Part shown: positions 29,820 to 39,171 of the stretch, piece by piece
Layout of the letters: each line of letters starts with the position of its first letter
Numbering within the stretch: position 1 is the first letter of the stretch
Source: Candidatus Latescibacterota bacterium
Lineage (GTDB): Bacteria > Latescibacterota > UBA2968 > UBA8231
DNA: 64,000 nt
Reading direction: 5' to 3'
Assembly (NCBI GenBank): GCA_965217585.1
Contig: OZ244561.1
Span: forward strand, 256,001 to 320,000
The notes under the pieces: generated by a model
The model's input: only the letters and a program-made list of their open reading frames with translations
The model's database searches: none
Told to the model about the DNA's origin: nothing
Position numbers and translations under genes: made by a program

Positions 29820-30983
29820 ATGGAACAGTTGCAGTTGGCCCTCGTGGGCTGTGGAGGCATGGCCGGGGCACACGTGCGCGGCTTGGAGGAGCTAGCGAAG
29901 GCCGGGATTGACGATATTCAGGTAGTGGCCTGTTGCGATTTGGTGGAATCGCAGGCGCAACAGCGCGCCGGCGAGATCGCCGAGTTTCAAGCGCACAAGC
30001 CGGCCATCTATACCGACGTGGAGCGGATGCTCACGCACGTGGAGGACCTGGACGCGGTGGACATCTGCGCCCTGCACTCGCAACATCACATTCTCGCCGT
30101 GGCCTGCTTGGAGGCGGGCAAGCACGTGATCATCGAAAAGCCGCTGGCGATTACCCTGCGCGCCGGCCGCAAAATACTCAATGCGGCCGTGGATAACCGC
30201 TGTCAGCTCGCCGTAGCGGAAAACTACCGCCGCTCGCCACAGGAGCGGGCCAGATCTTGGGCAGTGGCCAACGGACGGATCGGCCGACCGCGCACCTTCT
30301 ACTGGCAGGAAGCGGGCTTGCGGTTGGGCAAGTGGGGCTGGCGCAACTTCAAGCGCGACGCCGGAGCCGGTTGGATCCTCGACGGGGGCGTGCATTTTGC
30401 CGATTTGTTCCGCTATCACTTGGGGACTGAGGCGCGGCAGGTAGTGGCGCGAGTGCACGGCTTTGAGCCGTATCGCTACGACGAGCCGGTCGAGCGCGAG
30501 GGGGCTTGGCCGGTGGATGTGGAGGACTGCGCTATGGCGCTGATTGACTTCGATGGCGGTGCGGTAGTGCAGTGGACTTGGCAAGGTTCAGCGCCGGGAC
30601 AGGACTTTAGCAAGCGAGTCCTCTACGGCAGCGAGGGCTGCATTGACTGGGAGAGCGGGCTGTGGACGCGCACCGGCGAGAACACGTCTAACGAGGCATT
30701 GGTCGCGGCGTATCAGAGCAGCCTCGCAGAGGACGAGCGCGAGCGGCTGTTCCCTAGCGGAGTGGAAAATCCCATCTCAACCGAACTGAAGGATTTCGCT
30801 GATGCCGTACGGGGACAGGGTACGCCCGAAGTTGATGGCTTAGACGGCTATCGCTCGCAGGCGATCTGCATGGCGATCTTTGAGTCGGAGTGGTTTAACC
30901 GGCCGGTGACCTTGGCCGAGATCGAGCGCGGCGACTTGGAGGGCTATCAGGCCGAGATTGATCAGGCGCTGGGCATTGATTAG
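29820..30983 (+). CDS. Gfo/Idh/MocA family oxidoreductase
   Basis: VGCGGMA, EKP and LDGGVH motifs. Confidence 0.93.
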   Translation: MEQLQLALVGCGGMAGAHVRGLEELAKAGIDDIQVVACCDLVESQAQQRAGEIAEFQAHKPAIYTDVERMLTHVEDLDAVDICALHSQHHILAVACLEAGKHVIIEKPLAITLRAGRKILNAAVDNRCQLAVAENYRRSPQERARSWAVANGRIGRPRTFYWQEAGLRLGKWGWRNFKRDAGAGWILDGGVHFADLFRYHLGTEARQVVARVHGFEPYRYDEPVEREGAWPVDVEDCAMALIDFDGGAVVQWTWQGSAPGQDFSKRVLYGSEGCIDWESGLWTRTGENTSNEALVAAYQSSLAEDERERLFPSGVENPISTELKDFADAVRGQGTPEVDGLDGYRSQAICMAIFESEWFNRPVTLAEIERGDLEGYQAEIDQALGID

Positions 30984-31002
30984 GCGACGAATTTTTCCTT
31001 AA
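30934..31002 (+). repeat. Left copy of Gfo/Idh/MocA 3'-end repeat (partner 33029-33096)
   Basis: 69/68-bp alignment with 6 substitutions and 1 gap. Covers the last codons, the stop and 19 nt downstream. Confidence 0.92.
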
Positions 31003-31180
31003 AATCCGCTGCTGGAGGTGGCGGAGCCTTATCTTTTATTGAAGGCGTCGATAGATTGACGCACTAGGAGATACGACATCCAAGGCAAGAAAGACACCCA
31101 AAGACGCCGAACACGAATTAAAAACACTCTAAAATGTCTTCTTATACCTTCTAAATCTCACAGACGAGGAAGCATTCGCT

Positions 31181-32951
31181 ATGGAACCGAGAAATTACAC
31201 ATTGGCCAATCTGTTTGAAAATCAGGGCATATATGTGGTCCCCCGATACCAACGGCTCTATGTCTGGAATCAAGAAGATCAGTGGGAACCACTGTGGGAG
31301 GATGTAATTGAGATAGCAGGTGATCTGCTCAACGATGCGATCAATCGAAACTCTGAAGAAGTGAACGCTGATGCCAAGGAGTCTCACTTTCTGGGAGCAG
31401 TCGTACTGAAACAGAGCGGCTACACGCCGGATATGGCCCAACGTTGGCGGGTGATTGACGGCCAACAGCGGCTTACAACTGTTCAACTTCTAATGACTGC
31501 CGTCGCCGACGAGTTGGACAAGATTGAACTGTCCGTCCAAGCGGAGCGCTTAAGGAGACTAACGAAAAACTCGTCCAGCGAGCCGCTCAAGATTACTCAT
31601 GGCGGTCAAAATTACAAGCGATTTCGAGACGTGATGGAAGCAAATGGAGAAGAAAGTGTCATTGAGACAATTGAAAGTCCTATGGCGGATTGTTATAAAT
31701 ACTTCCGCAACGTTGCCCACCAGTGGTTCGATGGACAAATTTCACGAATTCTTCTAGCAGCATCTGCACTTATCGCAGTTTTAATCGCAAAACTTCGTGT
31801 CGTTGCAATCTACTTGGATTCACATGAAAAGGAGCACATGATATTCGAGACACTCAATGCACGAGGCGAACCGTTGACAGAGTGGGACAAGATCAAAAAC
31901 TACTTGCTTTACAAGGCTGACGAAGACTCCGGCGTTAATCAAGATTCATTCTTCGACAAGTACTTGGAAATGTTCGATGATGATTGGTGGCGGGAACACA
32001 CTGGACGTGGGGGGAGACCCCGTACGGACATCTTTGCCGACTACTGGTTGGAATCAAGGATCGGGGCTTCTGTTAGCACTCGACGTGTATTTCGTATGTT
32101 CCAAAAGCACGTGGACGAAGCCCAGGATAGCCTTAATATTTTAGGTCAAGATATTATTCAGGATGCGAAGTATTATCAGAAATTTGAACAATGGGATAGC
32201 TACGAACAGACCTATGAAAGGCAGTTCCACAATCGCCGAATATCGCTAGGTGTTGGTGCTATATGGCCGCTATTACTGCATTTGCGGGGGATTGAATGCG
32301 AACAGCGAAAACGAGCGTTCGCGATCTTAGAAAGTTATTTATTTCGGAGGTATATCTCCGGATATCAAGCGCGAAGCTATGATCAAGTCGCCTTGGACTT
32401 GATTGGCAGGCTTAATAGCTTCCCGGCAGAGAACTGCGATGAAACTATATTCACAGTATTACAACACTATGAAGAAGGGGGAACATTCTGGCCGTCTGAT
32501 AACGAGGTGAGGTTAGCGGTTCTAAACAGGAAGTTACCGCAGTATGTACAGAAAACAGTACTCCACAGCTATTGAAACACACCTGATACCTAATCGTGCT
32601 GCAAATCCCACTGTATCTTGGGATGTGCAAGTTGAACACCTCATGCCCCTATCATGGGAAAATGAGCACTGGCAGTTAAGTCCACTTGAAGAAGTAGAGG
32701 ATGTCACCGAGAGACGAAACAGCTTGATCCACACACTGGGTAATCTAACATTAGTCAATAGTAGCTTGAATGCTTCTATGAGCAATGGTCCTTGGCATCG
32801 TAAGCAAGAAGCCATCAGAGAATCGGACAACCTCTTTATCAACAAGAAATTACTTGACGATGCATCTTATGTTTGGGATGAAGAACAGATTGTCAAACGA
32901 GGTGAGTGGATGGCGGACATTATACTCAATATTTGGCCACGTAAGGCGTAA
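31181..32951 (+). pseudogene. GmrSD-type (DUF262 + DUF1524) modification-dependent restriction nuclease, frameshifted
   Basis: PRYQRLYVW, IDGQQRLTT and FETLNARG in ORF1, VEHLMP...LGNLTL in ORF2. One extra base near 32563 separates them. AT-rich. Confidence 0.85.
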
Positions 32952-33028
32952 CTACGACGATTATCGGGAGGCGAATGATTTCAGATTGCTGTGATCGAAA
33001 TCGCGTCGCAACTGGCTGATGGTGAGGT

Positions 33029-33096
33029 ACTTGGAGGCTACCAAGACGAGATTGACCAAGCGCTGGGCATTGATTAGGCGACGAGTTTTTCCTTAA
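33029..33096 (+). repeat. Right copy of Gfo/Idh/MocA 3' end
   Basis: See 30934-31002. Confidence 0.92.
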
Positions 33097-33102
33097 GGAC
33101 GG

Positions 33103-33699
33103 CTAGGACTCGCCCAAAATTTCCTGGAGCAACTCAGGATGCCGTCGCCGCAACTCCAGTAGCCTGCTGGCTGTTCCCACCGGCGTCAAGTGAGCAGAGC
33201 GCGGAATCTGCTGCTTCTCTTGTAGCATACCTCCGCGCTGCTCTACGTCCTGAATCGCGAGCGGTCGTTGGCCAAGGGAGTAGAAGAGTTCCGGTTCAAG
33301 CTGCACGAGGGCCGGAAGATCTCTGGGTTCAGCGCGCCCAATCGTAGTGCCGACGTACACGGCGACTTTCCCACCCGCGATAAATCCCGGATCGTTCCCT
33401 TCCCACACGACCTGTACTCCTTCGGGCACACTCTGCGGAAGGAGCGGTGACACCGCACCGGTTGGATCTAGCGAGAACGGACGAGTCGATCTCGCAAAGG
33501 CGACCTTGCAACCGATTTCTTCCAATGCCTCTCTAGACAGGGCATCCTCGATGGTCTCGCCCTCCTCGACAATACCACCGATGCAGCCCATGCCAATCAT
33601 CAAGATTCCGTTTCGCTGACGCCTCCATTTCGCCGGCTTCTGGAGTTCAAAGAGAAATCTATTCTCTACTCTTAAAAGGATTGCAACGCCAATGATCAA
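33103..33699 (-). CDS. NUDIX hydrolase
   Basis: GGIVEEGETIEDALSREALEEIG Nudix box. Confidence 0.85.
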   Translation of the reverse strand: MIIGVAILLRVENRFLFELQKPAKWRRQRNGILMIGMGCIGGIVEEGETIEDALSREALEEIGCKVAFARSTRPFSLDPTGAVSPLLPQSVPEGVQVVWEGNDPGFIAGGKVAVYVGTTIGRAEPRDLPALVQLEPELFYSLGQRPLAIQDVEQRGGMLQEKQQIPRSAHLTPVGTASRLLELRRRHPELLQEILGES

Positions 33700-33709
33700 A
33701 GCTATAAAC

Positions 33710-34375
33710 TCACGCGAGGTTGCCTATTGTGCTCGGCAACTCGTCGAGATCGTCAACAACCGCATCGACAATCTCAGGTGCCTTCCAGTACTCATCTCGC
33801 TTCCAAATCGCTTTCATTCCGTAGGACTTGGCACCCCGAATATCGGCTTCTGAGTTGTCGCCAATCATGACAGTCTGATCTGGCGAGACGCCTAGGTTGT
33901 CGGTCGCCCGACGGAAGATTTCCGCATCCGGTTTGGCGACCCCTTCGGCTTCCGAGATCAACATGGTGTCGAAATAGCGAGCGATCCCCAAACCATCAAT
34001 CTTCGGCTGCTGTGAATCAATTGCCCCGTTCGTGACGAGCCCCATCTTTAGTCCTAGTTGCCTGAGTATGGTAAGCGTCTGATGGGCTTTGGGAAACGGA
34101 ACGCATATATGGGGAAAGTAGGTCAGGAAATCATCCAGCAACCTCTGCCAAGTGCCAGGCGAGAGAGCGAAATCGCGTTCAATGCGCCTAAACAGCTCCT
34201 CCTTATCGGCGTGGCCATGGGCGTCCAACTCAATTACTCGCTCCATGTATTCGCCAAATGGGAGAGTGTGCAGGTCATTGGCCAATCGTTCGACCTGACC
34301 GTACAGATATACTCTAAGGCAGCTAAGCCGATCCAGCAGGGTTCCGTCAAGATCGAAGAGCACTGCTTGTAACAT
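33710..34375 (-). CDS. HAD family hydrolase
   Basis: FDLDGTL, VTNG, KPD and GDNSEAD motifs. Confidence 0.93.
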   Translation of the reverse strand: MLQAVLFDLDGTLLDRLSCLRVYLYGQVERLANDLHTLPFGEYMERVIELDAHGHADKEELFRRIERDFALSPGTWQRLLDDFLTYFPHICVPFPKAHQTLTILRQLGLKMGLVTNGAIDSQQPKIDGLGIARYFDTMLISEAEGVAKPDAEIFRRATDNLGVSPDQTVMIGDNSEADIRGAKSYGMKAIWKRDEYWKAPEIVDAVVDDLDELPSTIGNLA

Positions 34376-34475
34376 TAGTACCTAGCTTCTGTGAATCAGA
34401 GATTAGATCGCCGTCGCCAAAACCCACCATCAACACATATTCACCGATTCGCAGCCAACTGCCATCGTGGATGCG

Positions 34476-35369
34476 TTAAAGCGCGCCCAAAGTCTCTAGG
34501 CGTTTGCGTACTTCGGCCTGCACAGGTGCCGTCAGTTCCACCAGCGGCAGACGGATACCAACGTCGATCTTGCCCATGGCGTTGAGCGCCCATTTGGTCG
34601 GGATGGGACTCGTCTCCATGAACAGGGCCTCGTGAATCGGCTGTAGCTTGGCATCCAACTCGCGAGCCTTGTCGTCGTCGCCGTCGACGAATGCTTGGCA
34701 GAACTCAACCATGGCCGCCGGCAAGACGTTGGCAGTCACCGAAATCGCCCCAACGGCGCCGTACCCTGCCATAGTGAACGTCTGCGCGTCCTCGCCGGAC
34801 AGCAGGACGAAGTCGTCCGGCACCAGCGCCTTGATCTCGGCGACGCGGTTAGGGGCGCCACACGCCTCCTTAATGCCGACGATCGAATCGACAGCAGACA
34901 ACCGAGCTACGGTCGCAGCCTGCATGTCGCACGCCGTGCGCGGCGGCACATTGTAGAGAACCATCGGCAGGTCCACGGCCTCAGCAATGGCGCAATAGTG
35001 ACGGTAAAGGCCCTCCTGAGTCGGCTTGTTGTAGTACGGCGTAACCGATAGACAATAGTCAGCACCGTCGCCCTGCGCGGCCCGAGTAAACTCGATGGCC
35101 TCGGCCGTCGCGTTGGCACCAGTGCCTGCGACCACCGGCACTCGGCCATCCACCCGGCGCACCACGGCTTCGATCACTTGTTTTTGTTCGGCGTGAGTTA
35201 GCGTAGCCGATTCGCCAGTAGTCCCCACCGGCACAATACCGTGCGTTCCGGACTCCAAGTGCCAATCCACCAAGCCGTCCAGCGCCGCCCAGTCGATGGC
35301 ACCCGATGCCGTCATCGGCGTCACCAAGGCGACCAAGCTGCCCCTCAAATCATCTGTTACTTGCGACAT
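34476..35369 (-). CDS. dapA: 4-hydroxy-tetrahydrodipicolinate synthase
   Basis: ALVTP, GTTGESATL, PYYNKP, YNVPPRT and GIKEA motifs. Confidence 0.92.
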   Translation of the reverse strand: MSQVTDDLRGSLVALVTPMTASGAIDWAALDGLVDWHLESGTHGIVPVGTTGESATLTHAEQKQVIEAVVRRVDGRVPVVAGTGANATAEAIEFTRAAQGDGADYCLSVTPYYNKPTQEGLYRHYCAIAEAVDLPMVLYNVPPRTACDMQAATVARLSAVDSIVGIKEACGAPNRVAEIKALVPDDFVLLSGEDAQTFTMAGYGAVGAISVTANVLPAAMVEFCQAFVDGDDDKARELDAKLQPIHEALFMETSPIPTKWALNAMGKIDVGIRLPLVELTAPVQAEVRKRLETLGAL

Positions 35370-35512
35370 GATACCCCCCGCGAGATAAAGAAAAATGGAG
35401 GGTGTGAATGAAAGGTACTATCGTAGGGTGTCAAGGAGACGATGCCCGCAATCGGCCTCGTCCCAGCGAACGTGGGCAAATCCGGCGAGCGGTTGGGCGC
35501 AAGTCTTGTATA

Positions 35513-35875
35513 TCAGCGAATTCTGATTCTGTCTGGTTCTACGAGAATCAGTTTGCCAGTAAGGTCGGATCCTTCCTGGCTTGCAAGGAAATCGAGGAGA
35601 CGGGACATGATGTGCGGGATGAGTATCGGGCGATTTTTGACCTGTAGTCCAATGATTCCACGGTAGTTGCTCGGTGGAAAGCGCACTATGTCTGCGAAAT
35701 CTCCATCGAGCGATATCAGTACCGCTTCAAGCCTCCCGGCTTCATCAATGACAACCTCATCGGACGATGCAGTCGGAAGGTGATCCTTTAACACAAGCAC
35801 CTCGTAGCCTGCTTGTTGTAGATCGTTTACGACTACCGTCGGCACGCAATGGTCGGCAAAGAAAATGGCCGCCAT
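35513..35875 (-). CDS. DUF5615 PIN-like toxin (VapC45-like)
   Basis: FFADHCVP...SDEVV...SLDGDF. Coupled to a DUF433 gene. Confidence 0.8.
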   Translation of the reverse strand: MAAIFFADHCVPTVVVNDLQQAGYEVLVLKDHLPTASSDEVVIDEAGRLEAVLISLDGDFADIVRFPPSNYRGIIGLQVKNRPILIPHIMSRLLDFLASQEGSDLTGKLILVEPDRIRIR

Positions 35876-36105
35876 CAGGCCGCTACTTCAAAATCCGCCA
35901 ATTCACGGGCATAATCCAAGCAGGCGGCGATGCTCTCGGTCGTCAGATCTGGAAATTCGGCTTTTATCTCGTCGGCGGAATAACCATCCGCCAAGTAACC
36001 GAGCACCAGAGCCACAGGGATTCGTGTATTCTTGATACGCGGTTTCCCGCGCAGCACGTCCGAAGTGCTCTCAATGTAGTCTTTCCACGCCGTATGCATT
36101 ATCAT
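35875..36105 (-). CDS. DUF433 antitoxin-like protein
   Basis: GKPRIKNTRIPV...EFPDL...ACLDYA. Confidence 0.88.
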   Translation of the reverse strand: MIMHTAWKDYIESTSDVLRGKPRIKNTRIPVALVLGYLADGYSADEIKAEFPDLTTESIAACLDYARELADFEVAA

Positions 36106-36211
36106 GAGCCTCCTATAACAGCTTGCAGATTACCGTTTCGTCCTAATATATCATCTAGACCCGCCAGTTGTATAATCGAAGAAGGCCAAGCCTCTATCTG
36201 AGATCCTGGCC

Positions 36212-36808
36212 TCACTCCTCTTCAGCGTCCCCAAGCGGATGCAGATCAATCGGCGTCAGAATCCCATAGAAACCGTATTTGATGCCCTGTCGATCCCCTT
36301 TCCCCGGAGGAAAGTACTCTTCTATAAGCGCCAATAATCGACGACCAAATTCGGCTGCCTGTTCTTCAGATAGTCGCGCGCGGTTGTGATTGACTGACAT
36401 CTGGAATCTCGAACCATATAAGCCCTCGGCAGCTTCGCGAGATGCTTGATTGAACTGGCTAACAACATCCGCTGGTATGGCCTCCGCAATTTGGTCATTC
36501 GCCGAACGGGTCTCTCGAACGCGAACTTTGCCTACCGCTGGCAAACAACGCCATTCTTGGGGATCGGCTCCATCTTCTGCCAAACGTACGACACCTGTTT
36601 GCGCCAGTCGTTGCAAGTGGTACAGCACCCGAGCATCGGTAACGTCCAACGTCTGCGAAATTTCCGCAACCGACTTCCCTTCTCCTAGGATTTCGAGAAT
36701 GCGCCAACGAAGCGGATCGGCGAGTACGTTCGCACGATCATCTTCGATAACGAGTACCGCGTCCTTTAAGGAGTTGGTCGGAAAGGTCAATTCACGCCAC
36801 GTACTCAT
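36212..36808 (-). CDS. ArsR-like winged-helix regulator
   Basis: LADPLRWRILEIL...VLYHLQRL. Confidence 0.8.
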   Translation of the reverse strand: MSTWRELTFPTNSLKDAVLVIEDDRANVLADPLRWRILEILGEGKSVAEISQTLDVTDARVLYHLQRLAQTGVVRLAEDGADPQEWRCLPAVGKVRVRETRSANDQIAEAIPADVVSQFNQASREAAEGLYGSRFQMSVNHNRARLSEEQAAEFGRRLLALIEEYFPPGKGDRQGIKYGFYGILTPIDLHPLGDAEEE

Positions 36809-36880
36809 TCAGACTCTCCAGTGTATAATCGAGGAATCCCCTATACCTGACATAGACGACGCGAGCTTCGACCTACTCAT

Positions 36881-37627
36881 TCAGGCATCCTTGGCTGGTG
36901 TGAAAGCCAACAGGATCGTGTCGGCAAACATGCGCCAGACGACAGCCACTTCATCAAACCCGGCCTCGATCATGGCGTCGATCATGTTCTCTGCGCTGTG
37001 TTCGTACTCGATATCCTGCCCAGCGGCCTTCATCGCTCGCTTGTACTCCACCCTAGCATCAATCTCTTGCTGAGTAGCTATCCCTGAAGCAACTGCGTCT
37101 TGGAGATGACGCTGGCGGAAGCGCGACGACTGCCGCCGAACACTTGCTCCCCAGTGAGGTCCGACCGACATCGCATCGTACAGGATGAAGCAACCACCCG
37201 GCCGGAGTGCGTCCTCGATCCGGGCAAAAAGTTCGGGTAGATCGGCCGGAGGAACGTGGTGAATGGTCTTGGCCGAGAAAACCACGTCACACTGCTGGAT
37301 ATCACAACCAATTATGTTCGCTTCCCGTACCTCGATCCGATCCGAATATAACGTCAGTTTCCGCCCAGCGAGCGCAAGCATCTCCGGTTCGCTGTCTATG
37401 CAGGTGCCGGTAGCGCGGCGGAAGTGTTCCAACACGCGCGCAGTTGGCTCCGCCGTACCACAGCCGAGTTCCACAAACTCGAATGAATCATCGGGATCGA
37501 AGGGAATCAGATCCACAATCATGTCCAAGCCTCTACTGTAAGGTGGACTTAAGACGGGCTGGAGCCGATCATACGAATCCGCAATCGTTGCGAAGTAACT
37601 GCGCCATTCAGGTAAAGATGAATCCAT
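36881..37627 (-). CDS. Class I SAM-dependent methyltransferase
   Basis: VELGCGT, IHH and LRPGG motifs. Confidence 0.88.
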   Translation of the reverse strand: MDSSLPEWRSYFATIADSYDRLQPVLSPPYSRGLDMIVDLIPFDPDDSFEFVELGCGTAEPTARVLEHFRRATGTCIDSEPEMLALAGRKLTLYSDRIEVREANIIGCDIQQCDVVFSAKTIHHVPPADLPELFARIEDALRPGGCFILYDAMSVGPHWGASVRRQSSRFRQRHLQDAVASGIATQQEIDARVEYKRAMKAAGQDIEYEHSAENMIDAMIEAGFDEVAVVWRMFADTILLAFTPAKDA

Positions 37628-37684
37628 TTCTACTCCATCTGATGAGATTAATTCTGATTCCAGATGTCGAGTCTAAACCACTGC

Positions 37685-38548
37685 CTAGATCCCGACGCCG
37701 AACTTCTCCTCAAACGCCACCCAAATTTCAGCGGGCACTTCCTGAGTCGCCGCGTCGTACGCGTCCTGAAGCTGGTGGCGGTCGGCTGGGCCGCTCATGA
37801 CGATGCCATCGATGGGTGCGTCGAGACAGAACTGCATGGCCAAGTGCTTGATGTCCACGTCTTGCCCTTGGCACCACTGCCACATGGCGTGAGCACGCGA
37901 CTCGGCGGCCCGATCCGGCTCGATACCGGTCAAGCGACCCATGCCGAAGACACTGGCTAAGATCAGGCCGGTGCCGTGCTTTTTGGCCAAGCGCATGGTG
38001 GTGCGGGCGACGGATTGATCAAGGAGCGTGTAGTCGAGGAATGTGAGGACGATCTCGGCGTGGCCGGCCTCGATGGCGGCGCGGTGAAATTCGTGCTCGC
38101 GAACCCCCAAACCAATGTGCCGCACCAAGCCCTCTTCCTTCATTTTTTGCAGCTCGTCAAAGGCGCGACCGGGGCCTAACGGGTCGGCAATATTGGGTGG
38201 GTCGTGGACCAGCACGGCGTCGAGGTAATCGACGCGGAGCGATTGCAGGCTTTGTTCGACGCTCCAGCGCGTGGTCTCCGCCGAAAAGTCCTTGGGGCGC
38301 TCGGGGTGCGGGCCAACTTTGGCCTGCATGTAATAACTCGACCGCTCGACGCCGGCTAGCGCCTTGCCCCAGCGATCCTCGTTGCGGCCAGCATAGCTAT
38401 CGAAATAGTCGATGCCTAGATCGAGGGCGCGTTCGATGGTGGCGATGGTCTCGGCCTCGCCGGCCGCACCGACGAAGGCTGCACCCATGCCGAGTGCCCG
38501 GGGCTGCATGCCGGTGCGGCCCATGTTGCGGCGCGGTAGCTTGCTCAT
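37685..38548 (-). CDS. Aldo/keto reductase
   Basis: GRTG, FDS, AKVG and LVHDP motifs. Confidence 0.88.
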   Translation of the reverse strand: MSKLPRRNMGRTGMQPRALGMGAAFVGAAGEAETIATIERALDLGIDYFDSYAGRNEDRWGKALAGVERSSYYMQAKVGPHPERPKDFSAETTRWSVEQSLQSLRVDYLDAVLVHDPPNIADPLGPGRAFDELQKMKEEGLVRHIGLGVREHEFHRAAIEAGHAEIVLTFLDYTLLDQSVARTTMRLAKKHGTGLILASVFGMGRLTGIEPDRAAESRAHAMWQWCQGQDVDIKHLAMQFCLDAPIDGIVMSGPADRHQLQDAYDAATQEVPAEIWVAFEEKFGVGI

Positions 38549-38552
38549 GGAT

Positions 38553-38999
38553 TTAACTCCCTTTTATCTCGTATAACTCGATTTCAAAAATTAAGGTCGC
38601 GCAAGGGGGGACGCTGCCTGGCTTGCCCTTTTTGCCGTAGGCCAGTTCCGGCGGGATCACCAGCCGCGCCTGGCCGCCGCCCTTCATCATCTGCAGGCCC
38701 TCGGTCCAGCCGGGGATGACCCTTTTGAGCGAGAGCGTGCTGGGGTGGCCTCGTTCGTACGAGCTGTCGAAGACCTTGCCGTCGGCAAACATGCCCTTAT
38801 AGTGGACAGTGACGCGATCTTTAGGCCCTGGCTTGGGGCCGTAGCCCCCTTTTAGCTGCTGATAGATGAGGCCGGATTCGGTGCGCACGGCTCCTTCTTT
38901 GGCGGCCTCGCCGTCGAGAAAGGCTTGGTCGATGGATTCGGCGCAGGGGTCGGAGCAGGCGGCGAGCGCCAATAGGACGAAGGGGAGTAAGGGGTTCAT
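38553..38999 (-). CDS. FKBP-type peptidyl-prolyl isomerase, lipoprotein
   Basis: LAAC lipobox, VHYKG, FDSSYERG, VIPGWTEG and ELAYG motifs. Confidence 0.93.
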   Translation of the reverse strand: MNPLLPFVLLALAACSDPCAESIDQAFLDGEAAKEGAVRTESGLIYQQLKGGYGPKPGPKDRVTVHYKGMFADGKVFDSSYERGHPSTLSLKRVIPGWTEGLQMMKGGGQARLVIPPELAYGKKGKPGSVPPCATLIFEIELYEIKGS

Positions 39000-39091
39000 G
39001 GCGGGACCTCGGGGAGTGAGGGTGGGCAAGGTATACCTTCCATATTAGCGCACGCGGCCCGCTCGCTCAAGGGACGGCGCGGGAGCGGATA

Positions 39092-39139
39092 TGGACAACG
39101 GAGAACTCCGCGCGTTATGTTACCTAAACGTTGTACAAC
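39092..39139 (+). promoter_or_regulatory. Putative sigma70 promoter with downstream palindromic operator
   Basis: TGGACA-N18-TATGTT, then perfect palindrome GTTGTACAAC (39130-39139). Confidence 0.4.
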
Positions 39140-39171
39140 TTACGTCTCGCACGGAGGATAATACGGCGAAT

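Noticed and set aside
32544-32575. Programmed ribosomal frameshift in the GmrSD-like gene
   Set aside because: No slippery heptamer or downstream structure is evident.
34403-34421. Possible scar of the AKR (37685-37702) 3' end: ttagatcgccgtcgccaaa vs ctagatcccgacgccgaa
   Set aside because: Only ~15 matches with a gap and no flanking similarity, so it cannot be told from chance.
36809-36880. Selenocysteine or TGA read-through joining MTase, mini-ORF and ArsR in one frame
   Set aside because: The ArsR gene has its own GGAG RBS, there is no SECIS-like hairpin, and there is no redox-motif context.
33103-38548. Integron cassette array
   Set aside because: No RYYYAAC...GTTRRRY attC-like palindromes were seen in the spacers.
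39048-39070. Similarity to 2178-2200 (gcggcccgc..cgctcaa)
   Set aside because: Short, GC-rich, gapped and 37 kb apart, so likely coincidence.
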